Shown here in pieces: positions 46,911 through 64,000 of a DNA stretch of 64,000 nt. The stretch lies in contig CM022670.1 of the NCBI GenBank assembly GCA_012295275.1, forward strand, positions 14,446,001 to 14,510,000, in the 5' to 3' direction. The DNA is from Chrysomallon squamiferum (Eukaryota > Animalia > Mollusca). Position 1 is the stretch's first letter, and every line of letters begins with the position of its first letter. The notes under the pieces were generated by a model. It was not told the DNA's origin, searched no databases, and saw only the letters and a program-made list of their open reading frames with translations. The position numbers and the translations under genes were made by a program.

Positions 46911-49000
46911 CTCTCTCTCTGTCTCTCTCTGTGTATCTCTGTCTCTCTGTGTCTCTCTCTCTTAAATCTTTGTAACTGTTTACTCGCTTGGACAAATTAT
47001 TTCAGAAGAAACTTTTTAGCGAATAATAATAATTCTTTATAACGCCGAATGCAGAAAAAAAATATTGTTTTAAAATGTTTTGGTGTGTGAGTTACTTTAA
47101 CATTTGTGGTATACAAATATTATTATGTTACAAGTGAAATGTGATGTGTTTATAAATAACTGTTATTATCAAGTCATTGTTTTATTTGCATCTGACAACA
47201 GAGCATTAGCCTATTAAATGGTTTATGCTACTATGTCATAATATTTTCTAATGACCTATATTTGCTATTTTAATGCTGTTACTTCAAAATTATTCCATGT
47301 TGCAAATATAACAATTAAAATAATGTAATTTTTCTTGTTTTGAAACAGTATATAAAGTGTATATGAATATAAAATATCTTTGAATATATCCATACAGATT
47401 AACCCACTGTTTGTTCTATATGCGTGTTCAGATACTTTATTTAATGAAAAAATAAATGTTACAAGAAATATATAAAAATAATGTGTGTGCCTGTGTGTCT
47501 CTCTTTATACATGTACATTATTTATCATAATTTTCAATTTATCTTTAAAATTAGATCTTCTCTTATGATATGCAGTGAATGCTCAAAAGTTAATAACAAG
47601 ATATTTAATTACTTACCATATTTGCTCTCGTCTGTCTTGATTGTAAATTCTAAAAATAAATTATAAACTGAAGACTTACGCACATTCTGGCCATGGCGAG
47701 AATACTTGGTAGAAATAAGTCAAGTTTAATTGTCTTTTTAAACAAGAAAATTTCCCATAATTCATCTCTGTGAAAAGATAAACATGTAGTTTATAACATA
47801 GTGTCGTGAAAAATGCATAACAAATATGTTTAAATAAGGATGCGAATAATACGCATTTTAATTGAGATTAATTAAGGACATTGAGATAAGACAGAGTTAA
47901 ACACAATAATTACAGCAACTAATTATAGGTGTTTTTATATAGTACTTTGTAGTATTATATTATATAATATAATATAATATAATATAATATAATATAATAT
48001 AATATAATATAATATAATATAATATAAGCTAATGTAATATAATATAACATGATAAAATATCATATAATATAAGAAATATAATATACAGAAGATATTTAAT
48101 TTTCAGTAACAGTAAAAATAATAATAATATGTATATTTTTTATTTACTGATCTACATTTTTTTTTTGTTTTTTTTTGTTTTAATAAACCCAGGGCTCAGT
48201 CTTTGTATGAGTTGATATGTACGATACAGTTTCTTTGTAATAACGCTTGTCGGAGTTAAGTCCCTTGGTACTAATAAGACAGCCTGAATGTATATACCGA
48301 AAAGCGCCACTATTTTTTGATACATAATTCAGTTTTGACTTGGAATGCTTAATTTATCTGTCTTGCATCTCCATATGACGAAATAAAAACGTAATAAAAG
48401 AAAAAGAAAAACAAAAATCTGACGCTTAGTTCTTCAGAAGGCACTGACAAAAATGGAAAAAATTCAGTGTTTATATCATAAATGGCAATGGCAAAGAACT
48501 ATGGTATTATCAAGCTTATATCAGATATGTTTTAAATATTAGAAATGGACAAGAACAGTTCAACAGATTATACTAACTCAGTTAAACATATTGTTTATAC
48601 CTGCATTTTATCACATTTAGAAGCAACAGTCGTACAAATTCAATTACTTATTAAGCTGTCTCACATGTTTTATTTTACATATTTAATTACTTACCCAGAT
48701 ATATCTCATATATCTCATTTCACATATATAATTACTTATTCAGATATATCTCACGTCTTATTTTAAATATGTGGTTTGTTTTATTTATACATTCATACAC
48801 ACATATATGTATACATATACATACACACACCCACACATACATACGCACATATACACACAGATATATACGTACAGATACACATACACACATGTATGCATTG
48901 ATAGAAACGTGCATACATGTAGGCATACATACCTATATACGTACCTTCATACGTACTTACATATACATATATACACATTCATACACACGTAAATGCATAC

Positions 49001-49031
<31 letters not shown>

Positions 49032-49502
49032 TACACATACACCCACACATACTTACATACATACATACATACATTCATACATACATACATACATACATAT
49101 ATATATACATATATATATATATGTAAGGAGTTAAATAGATTCTTTCAGGAAGCTTTGAAAATACTTCATATCAAACAGATAACACTCAAGAAATAAATGA
49201 TTACGATAAATTAAATACTGATGTTGCAGGACAAGGATTCCCTTATGACAAAATTAAAACGTTGTAAGAAAAATGTCATTAGACTCTTAGTGTTCCAGAA
49301 TGCACCAGTAAAAGTGGAGAAAGCCCGTGTTTAAATAACAAATGTCAGTGATGCTAATATGTGTAAAACAACGAACTATGATATTACCAAGTTTATATCA
49401 GATATTTTTTAAATATTACAAATTAGGTTATACACATACAAATTAGGTTAAACTAAATACTCTCTTTTCACATAAACAGATTAATGAATTGAATAAGACC
49501 AC

Positions 49503-49636
49503 CTTTCTGTATGTAAGAGATATTTGTCTAATCATAAAGTCACTTTTCTCTACTTGTGAATGGTCCTATAGTCTTCATCTCTTCATCTGACCAATACGCT
49601 TCACATTTTAGCTGAAATAAATATACAAATAATGAC

Positions 49637-49686
<50 letters not shown>

Positions 49687-51345
49687 TGATGATGATGATG
49701 ATAATAATAATAATAATAGCAACAACAACAACAATTCAAAAAACAAAAACAATGGCAATAATAATATTTTTGATAATGATGATGACGATGATGATGATGG
49801 TGATAATGATAATACTAATAATAAAGAGAAGAAGAAGAAGAAGAATAAAGGGAACACAAACATAATTTACAACAATAAATTACAGTAAGAAAGATATAAA
49901 TAAGGTTTAGTAATTGAGAATATATATATGTATACATTGATACATTGATACAAACAAACAAACGAAAAAATAAAGAAAGTGAGTTCACAATAAAACTTTA
50001 AATAGTAACTTAACTGTTTAATTATAAAGAGCATCTGTAAGGTGAAGTCGGATAATTTAGAAGACTCATGTATAATGAGTTTTGCAACTTCGTCCTTTCA
50101 CTGTGATGCAAATTTAACAGGTTCCAGGGCAACTATGTTAAAAGCCGTGATTTACTGTATGGAGACTGTATACATGAAACTATTTTACACCGCTAAGTAA
50201 AACAGTGGCAGGATTCATCTCACTTATCATTATTACACAGGTAATAACCGTTAATATTAGCCTGTGCTGAAACATCATTAAAACGCGAAAACCAATTCCC
50301 TATATTTAATTTAAAGTGTTATACTTTATGAAATCTCTACATTTCGCAGTTCATTGGAATGCACATGGATTTATAACATACATACATATATACTTTTATA
50401 CATACATACATTTCATCAAACACATACACATGCATAAATACAAGCATACAACACATATGTGTATATATTTCATCCAACACACATACATATATACATACAG
50501 ATATATACACACTTAGACAAATACCCAAATATAAGAACAACTGGAGAAATTCGCTTTTTCTATAATATTTGAAACAGACTTACCAGATTCTGCAAAGATC
50601 TTCACTTGACACAAACAAATAAAATACACGGTAAAATAAAGAAACATCCACACTATACCCATGTTGTAAAAACGTAGTCACTTAGCTAAGAAGTGTTTGT
50701 CTCTGCATATCAAAATTAGTTTAGGAAGTTTCAGTGCATCACTATTATATTCATTAAAATACACGTGCTATATCACGTGATTAACTAAATACACCGTGGG
50801 TTTGGCTTGTTTAAGAGACAAAGGATTGTTCATGGTTAATACGCTTGAGTTGAGGCGTGGTTGTCTGAAAGTTGAACCTTCTTCTGAGCGTTCATTCCTG
50901 CACTAAATAATTAATTAATTAAATAATTTGCTTATTCTTTAATTAATTAATTAATTTATGTTTGGATATTAAAATACATACGTATTTTATTAGTGTATTT
51001 AATAGCATCATTTTAAACAGAACTGTGAATAATATGGAAGAAAAATCAATTCTTATATCTTTATTTTTATTTATTTTAAATGATTATTTCTGTGAAAATA
51101 CATTTTTGTACCTCATAATTATTCATCATAATCAACATCATGCAGCAGGCACTTTAGTCGTTATTACCCTCCTTTACATTAATTAAATAAAGAGTTTGTG
51201 ATTTACCACATTCACAACCGCAGCCGTAACTGCATGAACTACTCGTTGTTTACATCATATGAAGTCATCTAAGATCAGTAACTCATCCCGGAAGATTCTG
51301 GATTCTGTAAACCGGATTTATTTTTTGAATGTTAGCTTTCGGGTA

Positions 51346-51434
<89 letters not shown>

Positions 51435-52680
51435 ATATTATTATTGTACTGCTACTACTATTACTACTACTAATACGACTACTACTACTGTTATCTCTAC
51501 TATTATTATTATTGTTATTATTATTATCATATAGGGACTACTATCTTTTCATTCGAGAGAAGTATTGTTGTATAATAAACTATTGGTAATATAAAGTACA
51601 TACTGGCATACAATAAACGAACATTTCTGTGGACTCAGTCTTTTAAGACTTGTTTTGTCTACTGGAATGATAATTATTTTGTCAAAACATGAAGTTACTA
51701 CTTATTTAAAATAAAATAAAATAAAATTAACTGTTTCATATATCAACAGATTGATAAATAAATAAATAAAAATATAGATAAATAAATAAAGAAAACAAAC
51801 GAAAAAAGAAGAAAACACAATATCAGTAACTAATATATTATTCAATTTAAACGAAAACAAAAACTAATAGCTCAAAAAGGAATAATGAAGTATTATATAA
51901 AAAATATGTCCACATATACCAAAAGAAGTAAGAAAATTAAGTATGTGTTTTTTTAAGTATAATTAAAGGACAGTAACGTAGTGGTTATAAGTTTGTCCTA
52001 AAACACGACAGGTCGCAGGACCAGTTCAGCTTAGTTCTGTGGTTAAGATATTTACCGTTAAAACTAGTGATTTACACCTGACTCTGTGAAAAGTCGTGGC
52101 ATGTAATTTTCTGTCTATACCGAAGTTCATTTAATTTTTGTCTTGACGAGATGGAATCGCCATTCGACATGATAAAGATGATATCCAGCAATCCTAAATT
52201 AAAACTAAATTAAATGTTTTATTTCTCAACTCACCGCTTTCTGTAGTAGTGTTCTCAAGTATTCATTTAGATGTTGCCTACAAAAAGTGTACATCAGAAC
52301 CAAATACTTCTTAAATGAAATCGATTATTTGAAATTATTAAAGAACTAACTTTCAACACGAAGGACAGTTCTCTTTAACTCACCGTAGACTTCAGCTTCT
52401 AAAAAATGCAAGCTTGTACCACTGTAATAGCCATTATCTGACCCTTGACAGACAGTCACGTATCTTGCATCTCCATTACACGTGAAACTCATGACATCAG
52501 GAATACTAGATCCATCTTGTCTACCTATCACTAGCAGTACCACTCTCTGGCTATTGTCCGACAGCCACGTACCTAGCATCAACATTTCTCGTGAAACTCA
52601 CGACACTGTGTCTTTCCATATAACCAGTAACAGTATCACACATGTTTTGGAATAGTTGCAGTGTTCCTGCAACCAACTGA
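49503..52680 (-). pseudogene. Scrambled minus-strand receptor relic: PTP exon, orphan signal exon and lectin fragments
   Basis: 49503-49611 LKCEAYWSDEEMKTIGPF with internal deletion. Intact-looking 79-nt signal exon 50584-50662 (MGIVWMFLYFTVYFICLCQVKIFAES|gtaag). Lectin exon-2 pieces 52384-52530 (QDGSSIPDVMSFTCNGDARYVTVCQG...FLEAEVY) and about 52560-52680 (CDTVTG..VVSFTRNVDARYVAV). Confidence 0.8.
51348..51430. repeat. (GA)n microsatellite following upstream block copy 4
   Basis: Direct read of sequence. Confidence 0.95.
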
Positions 52681-52843
52681 AAACCTCCTAATTTTGTTCT
52701 TAGACTTTAAAAATAGTCATCAGCTTTATCGTCTAATAATGACTAGTTTATGGATAAAGTCATATTAAACTTGTCTTTATTTTCTTCTAAAGGATCTTTG
52801 GATTAAAAAAATGATTCTGTACCAAGTGATGATTCAATTGCAG

Positions 52844-52988
52844 AATGTCCTTCTGGTAAATACGGACATAGACGTCTACACAAATGTGATGAAACACATT
52901 GCTTCGGTGATCAGAAATTGATTCAGGAACTGGAAAATGTATCGATGGATGTATTCTTCGATGGGATGGAAATTCATATTGTAAATAC

Positions 52989-53030
<42 letters not shown>

Positions 53031-53127
53031 ATATACATATGATGATTTCCTTCTTCTTCAGTGTACTTTATCTTCATTATCAATATAATAATGACTACTT
53101 CTTTGGTACTGTTTTTGTTATTATAGC

Positions 53128-53194
<67 letters not shown>

Positions 53195-54599
53195 TTTTTT
53201 TAATTATTATTATTATTTTCAAGACAGAAAGAAACTGTTACAACTAAACCATCGTGTGAAAACAGAACAATAACAGCTTTATCAATTACAACGGGAATGA
53301 TATCTTTATTTGTGATACCATTCATTATTGTTATTATATGGTAAGTCTAAATTAATGAAAAAAACTATTTTTTTAACTGTAATAAAGAAAATATTGCTCG
53401 ACGGTTCCACAATTATATAGATATAAATTATTTATAATGCATTGTAAAAAGGAAATGTAAAATATTTATACTACAAAAATTTCAAATTCATACATTCACA
53501 CAGCAACCTTTCTGCTAATATATGTTTGGATGTCCTAGTGTTATTAATATGTTTATTAAAATCACGATTTTATACAAAATAAGGAGCCTAAGCTGATTGT
53601 TGTAACAACTAGATTCTAGGCTGCAACGCAGAACAGCAGCTACTTCGTCAGCAGTCTACATGGATTTGGATGAAAACCTAAATTGAGAAACTAGAAATGA
53701 TTAACAGTGAAATACGACAGATAATTAGGACAGGTAATGTTGACATTTCAGTATGATGTTATTGTTACAATCACAAATCATAAACTATTTTAATTTAACG
53801 TTAATTTGTTTTGATGCAGTTATTACATTATTATACACAATAAACTGACATTTAACATATATTTACGATGGTGAATTTACTTATTATTCGACATACTACT
53901 TGTATAATAATGCAGGTATTTTTTCTAATATTAACTGATTATTCATGATTATCTATAATTCAAAAACCTTTCTGTTTTATAGTTTGATTACAATCACTGC
54001 ATCTTATCGTTTCAAAACTATATGTTTTTCACTAATGTTTTATTTCAATGCGCTTGAATGCATTGATTATTAAATAATTAACAGCAGCTATTTAACTGTT
54101 TAACTTTGTTGAACAGAAACAGCTAATAAATACCAATTCTGGGTTCATTGGTTGTCAAAACTTCTTCGTTCTGCGCATGCCTGCATTTAATCTTCGGAAA
54201 ATGTTTTCTTTCCTATTGGTAAATAGTTTTAGAGATTTAAAAAAAAAATTACATTTCTCATCAGTTATAACTATTAAACCAAAACTGTTAAACCTTCTTG
54301 AACCATTTATTAAAACCTTTACAGCCATCTTCTAATGAATGATAACCTACATAATATGTTTTGAGCTTTTCTATTGCTAAATCTTTTTTTATGATTTTTA
54401 AATATTACATTTCTCATCAGTAACTGAAAACAAAATTACTCTTCTATAAATATCATTGATTTATGACATATATTTACATCTCGATTTTTTCGGTGTATTC
54501 GTTGTAGTGATTTAAATTTTCACATGATTTACTATTAATTTGATCATTTGTCAAAAGCGTCCAAACAAGACGCCGGATATTTGGTCCGGTACCTGTATG

Positions 54600-54642
<43 letters not shown>

Positions 54643-54845
54643 CACATTATTATTATTATTGGAATCGCGATGGTATGAATGCAGGTTAATGTTGTAATAA
54701 CAGAGGCCTGAAGGGAAGCGTTACTGTATTCACGGATGGTTGCCAGACACTGATTCTGTAACACTGGTAACCTGTCTGACAACAATCAGTGAAAAATTAC
54801 AGCAAAAGAAAATCTCAACACACACTGTCTCTTTTGTGTAGAGGT
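52844..54845 (+). pseudogene. Plus-strand EGF-TM receptor relic, tail-to-tail with copy C
   Basis: Frameshifted EGF exon 52844-52990 (CPSGKYGH..KCDETHC..GTGKCIDGC), TM exon about 53224-53340 (ALSITTGMISLFVIPFIIVII-W|gtaagt), cytoplasmic exon from 53620 (LQRRTAATSSAVYMDLDENLN*), D2 exon relic 54721-54845. Confidence 0.75.
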
Positions 54846-54878
54846 TGGCGACAAACCAAATATGACTGTGAAAACATT

Positions 54879-54975
<97 letters not shown>

Positions 54976-56650
54976 TAATATGTGTGTCTATATAAATTCA
55001 TTTACATACACATTGCTTTATTTTCACTGAGCGAATGGTAATCAGATTTTATAAATACATATTTTCTTTCGGTATTCACAAAAAAAATAAAATAAAATAA
55101 AATGAAATAAAATGAAATGAAATAAAAAATGATATGATTTACATTAGTTTTCGTTTGAGATGTTTCTGATGAAATTTTTAAATAAACTGAACACTTCCTT
55201 AAGCTCAACAAAAAAAGCCAACCACACAAATAGTTTACTGAATCAAAAGCTATGTTTTAAACCCGAACTAAGAATAATTATTGTACAAGTGCTGAATGAT
55301 TTGTTTGTGTGCTTATTTCAGTCCTTTGTGGATAATTTTCTAATTAATCCTTTCTATGTATTCAGTGAAAAAAGATATGGTAACCGCCGATAGATGCCTG
55401 TATATTTTAAATACATCGTTGGTGTTGAAATATCAACCATATATAATATACAACATTCTCCTGGAATATGAATATGACATAAAGTTGAAAAAATTAATAA
55501 ATTGCATATTTCTAGTTGAACATTTTATTATAAGTATTATATCTTCTGATATTAATTACGAACAATCAAAAAACAAAATAAAATAAAGATTTATCTAATA
55601 TGTCTAAACGAAAACAACATATACACTAAATTACAAAAATACAAGTTTTTTTTCTTTGTTATGACCTCATACCTGGAGCATATGAGGTTAAAAAACACAG
55701 ACGCACACACACAGATACATAAAGATGCGCACACATACAAAAATACGTTCATACATTCATGCATACATAGATACATATATATTTTAATAAAACGAAACAT
55801 AATTATAATATTTATTTATGAATGTCTTCCTTATTAATCTGTGCACAAATATTATTTTCTGAATGAGAGATAAATAAAGAAAACAAGGTAAACACGTCTA
55901 GCAAAGAGAAAAATCGATGAAATGTAGCACGAAATTAATAAAAAAATAAAATGAATGACTAAATAAATAAAATAATGAAAAAAAGAAGAAAAGAAACAAT
56001 GACTAATTTCAAAAACAAAGCCAAAAGTCAACAATTGAGATATATGTGTATGTACCTATAAATGAGAAAGAAAGATTATATGATATAAAATGACAACATT
56101 GACAGAACAGATTAAAGTAACAATCATACATGTCAGTATACCTAGTAAAAACAAACACTAATATACCAGTTAGGCAGACATACACAATACCTGTCAACAA
56201 ACAAAATTATTGGAAATATCAAATAAATCATTGTAAAATATTTTATGCATCTTTCTTCATGTATATGAATTGAACTATTTTATGACAAGTATTTGTCAAG
56301 GTCCAAAGCTTTAGCGGCTTTATGAGTAAATTATAACTGACAAAATGAGGATAAAGACACAAACAAAATATTTAACACTAGTGCATTCTTAATTCACAAT
56401 ACAATATTACAAGTACTGTCATATATAAATAACAAAATTATGAACATTATATAAAACTGTTTAAGTAGTGCGATTAGAACCTTTATCGACACATTATTTG
56501 AAATCATCTTATGTAACCGCTGCCAACAAATATTGTCTGTATACTACCAGAACCATCGCAGATCACAGAAGCAAAATCAAAACAAAATGTAATTCACAGT
56601 CAAGAACTAATATTAGTGAGTTAATTATTTTAATTATGTATACATAAACT

Positions 56651-63947
<7,297 letters not shown>

Positions 63948-64000
63948 CTTTGAAAAAAAAAAAATTAAAATATTTAGAAACTAGAACTGAAATTGTATAC

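Noticed and set aside
51970-52215. Possible tRNA-derived SINE or tRNA (TAGTGGTTA A-box-like start, A-rich tail)
   Set aside because: No convincing B-box or cloverleaf and single copy in the window; needs a repeat library search.

Overview
AT-rich, microsatellite-dense eukaryotic (metazoan) DNA with GT-AG introns; composition and gene families suggest a mollusc, possibly an octopod cephalopod (inference only). Most ORFs in the supplied track are microsatellite artefacts or exon fragments. The window is a tandem birth-and-death cluster of one receptor type: signal peptide - F-type lectin (fucolectin)-like domain - Cys-rich EGF/laminin-EGF-like stalk - TM - tandem protein tyrosine phosphatase domains (D1 plus degenerate D2). 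One complete minus-strand copy can be spliced by hand (B, 28015-45526, 26 exons, about 1076 aa). Two more minus-strand copies run off the window edges (A: 5' end at 1-3285; C: TM to stop at 56651-63947). Decayed plus-strand relatives lie between them. B and C carry different non-canonical D1 P-loops (VQCSAGVGRAG and the IA-2-like VHCSDGIGRTG). A proline-rich CD225/dispanin (IFITM/PRRT-like) gene (15159-20736, +) sits among the relic exons and has a duplicated exon pair that differs in PPxY motifs. Also present: an internally deleted Tc1/mariner element with an empty paralogous site, a FLYWCH/MULE-like relic, a four-copy upstream block and an inversion bounded by (GA)n/(CT)n tracts. All coordinates were read by eye and may be off by a few bases.
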